Source: Clostridia bacterium (GTDB lineage: Bacteria > Bacillota > Clostridia > Christensenellales > DTU072). From it: a stretch of DNA of 64,000 nucleotides. Position numbers and translations under genes: made by a program. Shown one piece after another: positions 1 to 11,300 of the stretch; positions within the stretch are counted from its first letter, which is position 1; each line of letters begins with the position of its first letter. The stretch covers positions 7-64,006 of the forward strand of contig JAZSMH010000061.1 of the NCBI GenBank assembly GCA_045535785.1, read 5' to 3'. A model generated the notes under the pieces. That model made no database searches and had not been told where the DNA came from. It saw nothing but the letters and a program-made list of their open reading frames with translations.

Positions 1-21
1 TGAAGGAAGGTTAAGAACAAT

Positions 22-609
22 TCAAGATAGATCATGCTTTTTCTTCTTCCTTATTTTGCCGATAAGATATACCACTACACCGCAGATTCCGCTGATCAGT
101 ATGTAAAATATCGTTGAGAACTTCACCGCGAAAAATGAAAACACAATCATGCAGATAAGTGTTATCGAAATAATGATTATGTTAAATGCGGTTTTCTTCA
201 TTTGCTTCAGCATTTTCAGCCCTGCCGTAAGGATCAGATACACCACGCATATCTGAATACCCTTGAAGGCGTAGGCAACCAAAGTCAAAGAAAGAAACGC
301 ATCAAAGAACAGTGATATTGCGTAGATGATAACAAACGACGGAATACAAATTCCAAGTGTAGCAATGATTGAGCCGATAATTCCGGCTTTTTTGTATCCT
401 ATGTAAGTTGCGGCATTGATAGCAATAGGGCCGGGCGTGGATTCGGCAATCGCCGCAACGTCCAAAAATTCGTCTTTTTCAAGCCATTTCTTTTTTGCTA
501 CGAACTCATTTTCGAGCAGAGCGATCATGGCATATCCGCCGCCAAAGGTGAATACACCGATTTTCAGCATTGTCAGAAATAGTGAAAGCAATTCTTTTGT
601 TTTCCGCAC
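22..609 (-). CDS. Chromate transporter (CHR family) half-size membrane protein
   Basis: 195-aa multi-TM ORF. The N-terminal LKIGxFTFGGGYAMIALL and ESTPGPIAINAATYIGY motifs are typical of the CHR family. Confidence 0.8.
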   Translation of the reverse strand: MRKTKELLSLFLTMLKIGVFTFGGGYAMIALLENEFVAKKKWLEKDEFLDVAAIAESTPGPIAINAATYIGYKKAGIIGSIIATLGICIPSFVIIYAISLFFDAFLSLTLVAYAFKGIQICVVYLILTAGLKMLKQMKKTAFNIIIISITLICMIVFSFFAVKFSTIFYILISGICGVVVYLIGKIRKKKKHDLS

Positions 610-847
610 AAGAGCCTCCGTTTATCTCATTGTCAAATTCTTATTTATCGTTCAGTTTATTATAGCACAACAATCGCATTTTTTTCAATATATTCGCCTG
701 CCGTATAACGAAAAAACCTTGGTAATATCTATCGTTCCGTTGATAGACCTATCGTTCTGCAGTTATTTATTATAAAGAAAAAGAACCCTTCCACCAATAT
801 TGTTTTCACGAAATAAAAAAAGACAGCTAGTGCCATCTTTTTCTATT

Positions 848-868
848 TGGCGGAGCGGGTGGGATTCG
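848..868 (-). pseudogene. Orphan 21-nt copy of the tRNA-Ser 3' end (T-loop 3' half, T-stem and acceptor 3' strands, discriminator, CCA)
   Basis: tggcggagcgggtgggattcg at 848-868 is identical to 1044-1064 of the intact tRNA-Ser. Homology stops at 869 and no GGAGCGG acceptor 5' strand follows. Confidence 0.6.
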
Positions 869-1010
869 CTCCGTTTCGCAATGCTACACTATCACGCCTG
901 GGTGGCAAACAGTGGGTGACCACTATTTGCAAGTGACTATCGTATAAGAATATAGTGGTAAGTCACTTGTTCCCACCCGTTCGAATCCACCAATATTTAT
1001 TTCACAAAAC

Positions 1011-1040
1011 AAAAAAGGTAGCGTGCATACTACCTTTTTT
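1011..1040 (-). terminator. Intrinsic terminator downstream of tRNA-Ser
   Basis: Hairpin AGGTAG/CTACCT (1016-1021 / 1030-1035) flanked by an A-run and a T-run, immediately 3' of the tRNA on the minus strand. Confidence 0.65.
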
Positions 1041-1043
1041 ATT

Positions 1044-1134
1044 TGGCGGAGCGGGTGGGATTCGAACCCACGTGACGATTGCTCGTCAAACGCATTTCGA
1101 GTGCGCCCCGTTATGACCACTTCGATACCGCTCC
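1044..1134 (-). tRNA. tRNA-Ser (anticodon CGA), class II with long variable arm, CCA encoded
   Basis: The minus strand reads GGAGCGG-TA-TCG-AAGTGGTCATAA-CGG-G-GCGCA-CTCGAAA-TGCGT-TTGACGAGCAATCGTCAC-GTGGG-TTCGAAT-CCCAC-CCGCTCC-G-CCA. It has a 7-bp acceptor stem, a 3-bp D stem, a 7-nt anticodon loop with CGA, a GACGA/TCGTC variable arm and a canonical T-arm. Confidence 0.88.
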
Positions 1135-1140
1135 GTATTA

Positions 1141-1460
1141 GGTCATTATTAATGTAAAAATTCGCGTTTTCCTCGTCAAACGCATTAGCGGACAAGGGTT
1201 ATATATGAGTAGAGTAGTATTTTCGTTACGTCCGCCAGATTGCTACCGCAATTTGCGAGTTTGCGCCCCGTAGACCTAATCGATACCGCTCCGTATAGGT
1301 CATTCATTATCAGATATTTATTCGCGTTTTCCTCGTCAAACGCATTAGCGGACAAGGGTTATATATGAGTAGAGTAGTATTTTCGTTACGTCCGCCAGAT
1401 TGCTTCGCAATTTGCGAGTTTGCGCTCCGTAGACCTAATCGATACCGCTCCGTATAGGTC
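1141..1460 (-). repeat. Two tandem ~160-nt units, each a truncated and interrupted copy of the 5' two-thirds of tRNA-Ser
   Basis: 1161-1301 and 1321-1460 are near-identical, with a 1-nt indel (gctaccgcaa vs gcttcgcaa) and one C/T change seen. On the minus strand each starts GACCTATAC-GGAGCGGTATCGA, as the tRNA gene does. Confidence 0.9.
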
Positions 1461-1550
1461 GTTTTAATGTATATTTTGCATTTTCTCAACCAAACGCTTT
1501 AACATTATATTGCTTTTTTGTGCGTTTGTCAATTCATTTATATTAATATG

Positions 1551-1994
1551 TTATTGTAATAAATCGTTATTATTTTCTTGTTCTTGTTTTTCGTACGCTT
1601 CGGTCAATTCTTTTGCGATAAGTTTTGCTCTTTGTACTTTTACGTTATTCTTAAGTGCAACTACGCCGAAGATAGCATATACTGCGCCTAACCCACCGCC
1701 AATTGCCGCAAGTACGTATATTTGGAAGATTACACCAACGAAAATTATTGCGAAGAATACCGTCAATATCATGACGAATACACCCACCTTTTTGCAATAG
1801 AATTTCTCGTGTTTTATTGCTTCTTCACCTTTAGCTTTTTGGTTGTATCCAGGGATAAGAATGCCGCCTTTTCCACACAAAAGTACGATACCAAAAACCA
1901 AACAAAATACGAAAAAAGCTATCGGAATAATAGTGTAGTATATATCACCATGATTGTATTTGGGTAAGCTTGCATTGATAAGATTGAGTATCAT
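1551..1994 (-). CDS. Small membrane protein, DUF3784-like
   Basis: 147 aa with 3-4 TM segments. The GILIPGYNQKAKGEE loop after TM1 resembles the GYN(T) motif of DUF3784, and the tail is acidic and coiled. The family assignment is from memory only. Confidence 0.5.
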   Translation of the reverse strand: MILNLINASLPKYNHGDIYYTIIPIAFFVFCLVFGIVLLCGKGGILIPGYNQKAKGEEAIKHEKFYCKKVGVFVMILTVFFAIIFVGVIFQIYVLAAIGGGLGAVYAIFGVVALKNNVKVQRAKLIAKELTEAYEKQEQENNNDLLQ

Positions 1995-2000
1995 ACGGCT

Positions 2001-2029
2001 ATTATACTACCTAACAACCCGTTTGTCAA
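2001..2029 (-). promoter_or_regulatory. Consensus sigma-70 promoter TTGACA-17-TATAAT ending 6 nt before the ATG of the 1551-1994 gene
   Basis: Forward tgtcaa at 2024-2029 and attata at 2001-2006, with a 17-nt spacer. No Shine-Dalgarno is possible in the 6 nt before the ATG at 1992-1994. Confidence 0.6.
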
Positions 2030-2280
2030 TCTATATACTATTTTTGGTTGTTTTTATTTATTTAACACTAGCTGTTCCGTTGGTGATAATTTTCAAAACA
2101 ATAACAAAAAAATAAAATTAAGGTAACCAAAATATAAAAATATGATACCCATATTTCTTAATTGAGTTTTATAAAAAAATTATACTTTCTAAGAATTTGC
2201 TTTTGCTTATTTGACGATTTTTGCGTAAAAACAATTCAAAAAAAGGTCCGTTTTAGTCCGAAAAAAATTCGCGTAGGTAC

Positions 2281-2309
2281 TTGAAATTTGATTTTATATA
2301 TATTATAAT
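2281..2309 (+). promoter_or_regulatory. Sigma-70 promoter for the 14-kb ORF
   Basis: TTGAAA (2281-2286), 17-nt spacer, TATAAT (2304-2309). AGGAG Shine-Dalgarno about 8 nt before the ATG at 2365. Confidence 0.6.
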
Positions 2310-2364
2310 ATATAAAAAGCCATAACTATACCCTTTTTAGGGTAAACGAATCAGGAGTTGTTTT

Positions 2365-5300
2365 ATGAGAGGAAAACATTACGATCCGCAAAAAAGAAAA
2401 GTATTCAGCAACGGAGGATACGTCGGCATTATTGTCGCCGTAGTTGTGATAGCAATAGCGCTCACTATGACGCTACTAGTATATTTGCCGTCCACGGAAG
2501 AAATCAAAACCGACGTGCCGAAGATCGTGGGCATTAGCTATGACGAGAATGCAATCGGCGTTGGTAGTGATTTAAGCAGAGTATACGTCACAGTCACCTA
2601 TAGTGACGGTTCTACCGAGAACGTTGCTATATCCAACATGGTTAGTGAAGGACTTGACGTCACGGTTAGTGGCGAGCAGAACGTTTCGCTAAGTTTTGGT
2701 GGCTTCGAACAGACGATCAGCGTAATGGTCAAGGATATTGACTGTAATCTTACGTATACTGCAAGTACCGGCGGAAGAATACAAGGAGAAACCTCTCAAT
2801 CCATTGTAAGCGGTAACGATGCAGACAGCGTTATAGCAATTCCCGAAACAGGTTATGAATTCGTAGAATGGAGCGACGGATATCCGTACGCGCTACGTAA
2901 AGACCTCAAGGTCAACGAGTCCAAAGGCTACATAGCAATTTTCAAGAAATCAGAGTTTAGAGTTATCTTCTTCTATAACGACGGTACGGTTGCTTCCGAA
3001 GAAGACGTGCTTTATGGCGAAAAGGCGACGAAAGCGCCCATGTTCACCGATCCCAAAATGAACGTTTATGGTTATACATTCGTAGGCTGGTCGGTTGCGG
3101 AGGAAGATTATTCTAGCGTAAAACGCGACATGAGTATTTATCCGCAATACGTTAAGACCGCCACCGACGTTAACGTAAGTATCTCCGTTGACAACAAGGG
3201 TAGCCTCATGGGCGAAACAGACGCGCGTGAAGAGGGTTACTATGCACACGATACGCTTGCTGCTATCACTGCAACTCCTTATCCTTCGCGTGAATTCAAT
3301 AGTTGGTTTATCCGTAACTCTGACGGCGTTTATGAAGAACTAGCGAAGAACGAAGAAAGAATTATCGTAATAGGAGATAATAGGGTTAACGTTACCTTCA
3401 AGTCGTCGACCTCGGGTAATAGTGCTTCCGAATATATATTGAGCTTCACGCCTAACGAAGAGATAGCAGCAATAGACGTAACGGCAGGCTTTGTTTACTC
3501 TAGCAGTGGCGTAACGTTTATTAACTATCAGAATGCAAAGGCTAACAACCAAGAGTACTTCATCGACGGTATACCCTACGGCACTACTTTGGGTGAATAT
3601 CTTGCTGAATACGTCAATGGAGTAGACAATACCGTAGTTATTGACGAAATTACTGGTATCATACGTCCTGCGGACGTAGTAGGTATGACTTTCTTAGGTT
3701 GGTACGTACAGGGTGACGATACCCAAACGCTCATTACCAAGAATATGATCTTCGGACAACCCACAACCTTGGTTGCAAAATGGACGAAGCAGGTTTATAA
3801 GATTAAATTTACCTATCTAGACGAATACGATATAACTCAACTTCACCATACCATTAACGTCGTTTACCAAAACACTATTGGTAGTGGCGGCGGAGTGCCG
3901 ATGAATGCGCCTTCAAAAGAAAAATATCTATTTATCGGTTGGATGGATGCGCTTACCGGCGATATGATAGACGACAGAACGCAAATTTCACTCAAGGAAG
4001 AATATTTACAAAGTGAAGCGTTTCTTACCGATAACGAAATCAACGTAATTGCAAAATGGGCTCCCGTAGAGCACGTGCTTTCAGTTAATACGCTTGGCGC
4101 TGGTACGGTTTACGTAACCAAGAGTGTTCCTGGTGGCGAATCTAGCACTGAAGCGGTATTCGGAAGCTATACGATATACGAAACCTACGATTACACCGTT
4201 TCATTCTCGGCAGATGAAGGTAATGCGGTTAGCGAAGCACGCTGGGATTATTCCGACGTTTCCGAAATTTATAGAAGTTCAGAAGGCGTCAATATGAACG
4301 TCCTCACTGTTACTCTACAAAACGGCTACGACAACGCTCTTAGCGTAGTGTTCGTTCCTCAAACTTTCAACGTTACGGTCAACAATGGTACCGACGTGTA
4401 CTCTGGATACGTTACCGATAACGACGACGGTATTACTTACGATAGAGCGCTCATAGAGTTGGTAATTGATTACGGAAATACGCTAACCTTCAATATTCAC
4501 TCCTATAACGAAGCATTCTCCATTCAAAAAATTCTCGTTACGGGTAGAATTAACGGTAAGAGCTACTTTAATGAAGTAGTAGCAGATCTCAAAGATAGCG
4601 AAATGCTTGAATACGCATTGATTTTAGAGAACTGCGTATCCGACGTTGTTGTCGATATAGTATATTCGAGTAGAAGTTACTACGTAACGGTAAATAAGCC
4701 CGACGCGAGCGAAGGTAGCATATTCACCACCGACTTTAACGGTCCCGAGAGTGGTTACACCATTCCCGAATTACAGCAAGAGTTCAATTACGGCGAATTA
4801 CAACATTACGTAATTACCGCCACCGAGGGCAAATTCATTTCTTCGGTTAGGGTAGACGGTATCAAACAAGACGTTTACAAGAACGCAGGTACCTCGTTGG
4901 TGTTCTACGATTGGGAAATCAATGGAGTTTATTACGGCATAGGACTTAAATATCTCGACGACGAGTATATGTACTGTTACGGTACGGCAACGGTAGAAGG
5001 TAAGACTTATATGTATTGCGAAAGCCTTCTTGGTGACAACGTATACGTTTATGAAGTTGTAGACGTCAACAATGAAGATTATCGTAGAATTTCTTCTACC
5101 GATACTAGCGTTGCTTACGGTAGCGTTTATGCAAGCCTCGTAGAACAATTAAAGGTTAATGAAAAGAAACTTTCTAACGTCACCACGGGCAAGGATTTGC
5201 GCGTTACCAAAGTAAAAGTTATGTACGTTGCAACCAAGAATATTACTTTGAGTGCAACTTACGAAGATATCACGTATATCGTTTCCGTTCTGGATGACGA

Positions 5301-8300
5301 GCGCGGGTCCTATCTAATCAGCAAGGCTAACGTAATGGGTGGAGAAAGCTCTTCTATAACGATTACTCCTATTAACGGTTACTACGTAGCTGGCTATAGT
5401 GTGAACGGTGGGGAAGTGGTTTACGTATCAACCATAGATCGCGGAGCAACCTGCAACGTAAGAATTAATGACGTTCGTTCGGATATTGAGGTAAGGATCG
5501 TTTATGAGAATCTTACCTACAACGTAGTGTTCAGCAATGCTAATGCTAACGTAGCTGACGTCACTGTAGACGATGGAACGGGTGAGAACGCGCTTTCCGC
5601 ATCTTACGCTTACGAAGTAGAATACGCGTCTAGCAAAGAATACGTGCTTAGAGTGGCTGATGGATATTATATTAGCTCCGTAAAAATAAACGGTGTAGCA
5701 CAACCCATAGTTCATTTGGCAAAAACCTACTCTTATGTGAACAACAACGTTATATCTGATGCTAGTATAGAAGTTACTTGTGCGTTAATAGCTATTCAAG
5801 AGACGGTTAACGGATTTAGAGTAGACGTAAGCAAGGACAACGTAACTGACGTGGTAGCAGGCGTTAATTATGGTGAAACTACCGCAGACGACAACGTTAT
5901 TACCGTTATAGCAGATGACGGATATGCTCTTAACGTAGTTTATTTAAAAGGTAACAGCGGCGGTTATTGGAGAGAATTGGTATTAACCGTACAAGGTGAT
6001 AGCGTTGCTGTAAGCGACACTCTTGGTATTTTAGATTCGAGTATTGTAAGCACCGTTTCTAACGCAAATAGCTATGCAAAGGCAATTAACGTAACGCTTC
6101 CTTCCAATGCTTTCGACGAAGTAGCTGTGCTATACGCTGTAGGCAATCCTTCTGCGTATACTCTTAACGTAACGTCCGTCGGTTCGGGTAACGTTGACGC
6201 TGTAGAAACTATCTATTACGGTGATATCGTTGCGATTAATGCAAATGCACTTGCTAATTATTATATTTCCGCATTTAGAATTAACGGTAAGGACGTGTCG
6301 TTCCGTAGTTCCAATTGGACGAATCTAACGTATGCTTCGGTTGTTAATCAATACGTTGGCGGTACGTATTCGTTTATTGCATGTGAGAACGTAGACGTTT
6401 ACGTAGAATTCAGCATTTATTCGTACACCGTTACACTGGATCCTACTAGCACCAACGGTACGACTATTTTAAGTGTGGAAGGTAGTTCGCAAGAGCTCAC
6501 CAAGATTAAGCACGGAGAGTATCTCAATATCTCTATGAATGCCGATGCTGGTTATCATATAAAAGACGTTCTTATCAACGGTGCAAGCGTAGGCTACAGC
6601 TCTTACAGTGACGTTGCTAACGACAACACGACAGATACCTTTAGCTTAAGAAGTATCAATGCTCCCGCATCGCGTAACGTTACAGTCAAAGTCGTTTACG
6701 ATATTAATAGATACGCACTTAATTACGAGATAGAGAACGCATCGCTTAACTTCAAGGGAATGGATGGAGCTGGTACGTTCAGTGTTCCCGAATATTCTCA
6801 ATTGAACGAGAAGTCCTATACGGGAATTGCACACGGTGATAACTTCTACTTCGAAGTTTATCCTTCGGTAGGAGCAGGATATTATCTCCATTCAGTAACC
6901 ATTAAGTACAAAGGTTACGGCAAGAGCGAAACTATCGTGACGAGATATTCCGACGATAGCGAAGGCATAGTAAAGAGAGAGGGCGGAGTTATTTGGTTCA
7001 ACCGCTTCATGTTCGGTAACAACACTGATTCAGCTACTGGCGTTACCGCAGATATAGAGCTTATCAAAGTAACGTTCAAGAGTAACGCATACACGTTGTC
7101 GTTCAATCAACAAGGAGATCAAGACGGTGGTAAGATGGCGTTTGCTATCAATAACGCAAACGTTTCGGGTGCCGACGTAATAGTATTTGACGAGAACGGT
7201 AGTTTATACTACATCCGTCCCTCGAACGGCGTTGTTTATGAAAAACAAAGTGAAATTTTCGTTGCAACCGATATAAAATTCACAAATAGAAATGGAAAAT
7301 GGACGTTCTATAGCGAAAGTAGCGACGTTGAGTACAATTTTAACTACGAATACGGATTGAGATACGTAGTAACGGTAAAGCCTACCGTCGGTTATAGTAG
7401 AAAGGTATTTATCGTCAACGGAGAGGACAAATTATCTTCTGTCAATAACGATAAATATAGCACTAACGTATACCGCAATACGGACGTTAGCGTGACGTAC
7501 GAAATATTGACGTTCAGCATAACCCTTTCATCAACGGTATATAATTCGTCCATGAATAAGATACCCGCTGCAAGAATAAGTGAGTATATGGACGTAACGA
7601 TATATGACGTAGATACGGACGAAATCTTACTCACGACCAACGGTAAGATAGTAGATACGATTAGTGGCGTATTTGATTACGGTACTAAAATAAAAGTTGT
7701 AATTACTCCGAATTTTGAAAAATACGGTATTTATCTATACAGCTTTATCGTTAATAACCTACAACAAGGCAATCTAGGAGATACCACGGGCGTAGTGACT
7801 TACGCTAAGGATGGCATAGCATTAACGGACGATATTTCGTTAAGAGCGATATTTAGAGTCAAGAGTTACTCTATCAAAGTGAACACCTCGTACAACGAAA
7901 AGGACGATAATGGAGATTTGATAAAGGGTGAAACTCTCAACACAGTATGCAAAGACGATGCTACTCAAGCAACCGATTGGAGCGTTTATTGGAACGAAAG
8001 CACGGTAATTAAGGTTGTAGCAGGCGAAGGCTACTATGTAGACAGCGTAATAATTAAGTATACCGATAACGGTGAAGAAAGGGAAATAAAAGTCAACAAC
8101 TATTATTTATTCGAAGGAGAATACGGCACTATAGAAAGCGGATTAGTTATTTCCAAGAATAACGATAGCGCTATCAACGGATTGCGCGATATCATTACGA
8201 TATACGGCATTACTAGTGAATACAAAGTAACGGTTGTTTTTGGACGTAACGATTATCTCGCAATGTACGTAATCAACAATCCCGACTTCATCGAGAATAT

Positions 8301-11300
8301 AACAACCAAGTTTAACGATAATAATAGCGTATATCCCAAGAAGACAGCTAGCGCATTAGATGGACGTGACAAGCCTTGGGAGGTTAAGGTTAAGTCGCAT
8401 GATGAATTAAGCGTAAGCATAGAGCCCAAGGACGGCTACTACATCAGCATAGAAGAAGTAATCGTAGAGAGTGTAATTTATAACGAAACTACCGAAGAGT
8501 ACGAATTGATGTATGACGAGAACGGTAACGCGTTAGTAAGAACCTTCGAGTTAAGAGATATAGGCGATGGAGAAGGCAAAATGTTCTCCTTCTATAACGC
8601 AAACAAGGGTAGCTTAGAGTATTCAATCAGCTCCGATATAAGAGTATATATTGACGTTGACATCAAAGAATACACCTTGTCTACGTCGATTACGAGAACG
8701 GATGCAGCGCTTGCAGATAAGGATAATAAGAACGTAACCGCAGTCACGTTAGCTGTTAAGGACGTTAACAATAATAATCTTGACGTAAGCGGTCAAATTC
8801 AACGTCCCGTAGAATACGGTCCTAAAGATACGCCCGGAGTTCTTGTAGCAGAACATCACGGTACTATCAACTATCTATTTAACGTTCCTTATGGCTACAT
8901 GTTAGAAAGCTTCGTCGTTAACGGATTTGATAGAGAAGAATTGATAGGTAAAGGCATACTTAACGCTGCAGAAAAAGGAATGGTTAGCGTAGGCGTAGGT
9001 AAAGCATATAATTATGACTACACTTTAACCGTAAGCACCACGTTAATCAACGGTTCAGACACAAATCCTTGGGTGGGCAACAGCGATATCAACGTTTCTA
9101 TCAATATAGTTCCTATCAATTATGCAATTCACGTTTTGATTAACGATACGGAACATGATTTTAGTGTTTATAACGATCGTAACGGCGTTAGCGACGGTGA
9201 GCAAATTATCGTATACGCAGGTTCTGTCGTATCTCACTTTGGTTCAATAACTGTAGAGCCCTCGCTATACGAAGGTTACCAAATTACGGGTACGGAAATT
9301 TATTTCGGAACGGATAATCGTCATGAGGGCTTGGTAAAAACCAATTTTGAAGTACCTGTTGGCGGTATAACAGCAAGAACGCAATATGATTTTTCTACTA
9401 TCAATATGATAGATACCGACGTTCTTACCGGGCTAACTCACGTATATATCTTGTTCACAACGAAGATTTTAACGTATACTCAAACCATAGCAGCAACCGT
9501 TTATTATAACGATGGCACGGTATTACAAAAGGTTCCTTACCAATACGAAAGTCACGTAGGAACGCTAGATATATTTATTAACGGAAAAAACATCAACGGA
9601 GAAGATTTTCCTGAAGATATAACACCTCAACCCGATGGCGAAGTAAGTAATTACACGTTAGAAGACAGAGAATATTTCACTCAAATTAGAGTAGAAGCTC
9701 AAGCAGTTAATAAAGAAGATTATGCGTTGTACGGCGTTTACGAAATTTACAAAGATCATAACGGTGAAACGGTAGAAGCGCAAGTCGTCAGTGGACAAAG
9801 AGGCGTAATACTAGGTGTTATCAATGGTGTAACCACCTTAACGTATACCGTTAACAGCTTTGGCGAAAGAAAATTCAAGTTTGAATTTAAACAAAAGGTT
9901 ACGGTTGTATTGAACGTTGAGAATCCTTACAAGTTCGTGGGTGGTAGCAACGCAGGATATAAGAGCTATACATCGGTTATTGCTTACGAAGAAGGTAAGA
10001 TTATTAATGCGAATATCGATTCTACGTCAAAAACTATAGATAGGTACGAATACCAAATGTACGTAGGTAATCGTCTGTGGTTTGAATATAAAGACGCTTA
10101 TAAGGTAACGGACACCAATCAAGAAGGCGTAAAATACTATATTATCGAAGATGAATATTTAGATGAAGATGATAATCCTATTCCTATAAAAGGTATTAGT
10201 TATTTCTTGAATGGAATAGATATTGGCGCTACCGTAAGCTCGGTAAAATCTTTGAACGATACTTTAGACGTTTTATTAAAGGGAGCAGAGTGTACGGACG
10301 TACAAGATAGAAATTCAGATGGATACGAAATTAAGAGTAATACGGAATTCTATTTGGTAACCAACGTCTATGGATATTCAAAGGTATCGGTTAATACGGT
10401 AGGTGCGGCAGACGACGTCGACGGCGGTAAAGTATGGTACAACGGTGTCGTTAGCGAAAGTGGTGTTCTTAACACTAGCGCAATGAGCGCAGGCAAATTG
10501 TTGAAGCTAGAATTAAAGCCCAACGATAACTATGCATTCTACCAATTGAAAGCAAGACGCGTTGACTTTGATTCAAGTAGAAAGAATGGAGTTATCAATT
10601 TCTACAATGCTTCGGAAATAGATAATTGGCAAACGTTCACCGTTCAAGATTACAAAAAAGCAATGGCTGACGATAATTCTACCGCTGCAATGGAAGAATT
10701 AATAAAAGCTTTCAACGAAAACAGCTCTAACGATTTCCAAATTTTGCGTTACGTTGAGGACGGAGAAAATTACTACTTCATTATTTACGTAATGGGTAAT
10801 ATGGAATTCGAGGTTGAATTCTATCATACGTACGATCTAGATATAGGCGTTTATCGTACCGACGTAGTGTCTGTGGCTAAATCAAGTGGTTCCGGTGATG
10901 GCATAAGTCACGAAGGAATTAGTATAAGACACGTAGAAGACTACGTTTACGATATCGCGGGCTTCACGTACGCAAATAATAGAATAGGTAGTGATGGCAA
11001 AGTTATAGATTTAAGTAAAGCCTACGCTCAATTAGATGGAAGAACGGGTATAGCAAGCTACGGAGCTACGTTTGAATTAAAAGTAGAAAAGCCCGTGGGC
11101 AACTATCAATTCGTCGGTTGGTACGTCAACGACGTAAATACGTTCGAGTATCTAGAAAGTCTACTACCTATAGCAGACCATCTTGCACAAGCCTTGTACA
11201 TAAACATAGATGATATGCCGGCACTTCTTGGTGAGGACAAAAAAGAGGTTAACGAAATAAAGATTTATGCGGTATTCCAACCCATACTTGACGTGACCGT

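Noticed and set aside
923-1195. 90-aa minus-strand ORF in the ORF track
   Set aside because: It runs straight through the tRNA-Ser gene, its terminator and the tRNA-derived repeats. It has no Shine-Dalgarno, so I treat it as an artefact.
1141-1460. Tandem repeat considered as a CRISPR array
   Set aside because: There are only two copies with a 160-nt period. The repeated part is most of the unit rather than a short repeat flanking unique spacers, there are no cas genes, and the repeat is tRNA-derived.
786-1460. Partial tRNA copies considered as attL/attR of an integrated mobile element
   Set aside because: The copies are only ~200 nt apart and no integrase, excisionase or cargo lies between or beside them in this window. 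I keep this only as one possible historical explanation in the findings.
416-1967. Plus-strand ORFs 416-775, 1510-1800 and 1722-1967
   Set aside because: They overlap and are antisense to the chromate transporter and the DUF3784-like gene. They have low-complexity composition and no Shine-Dalgarno.
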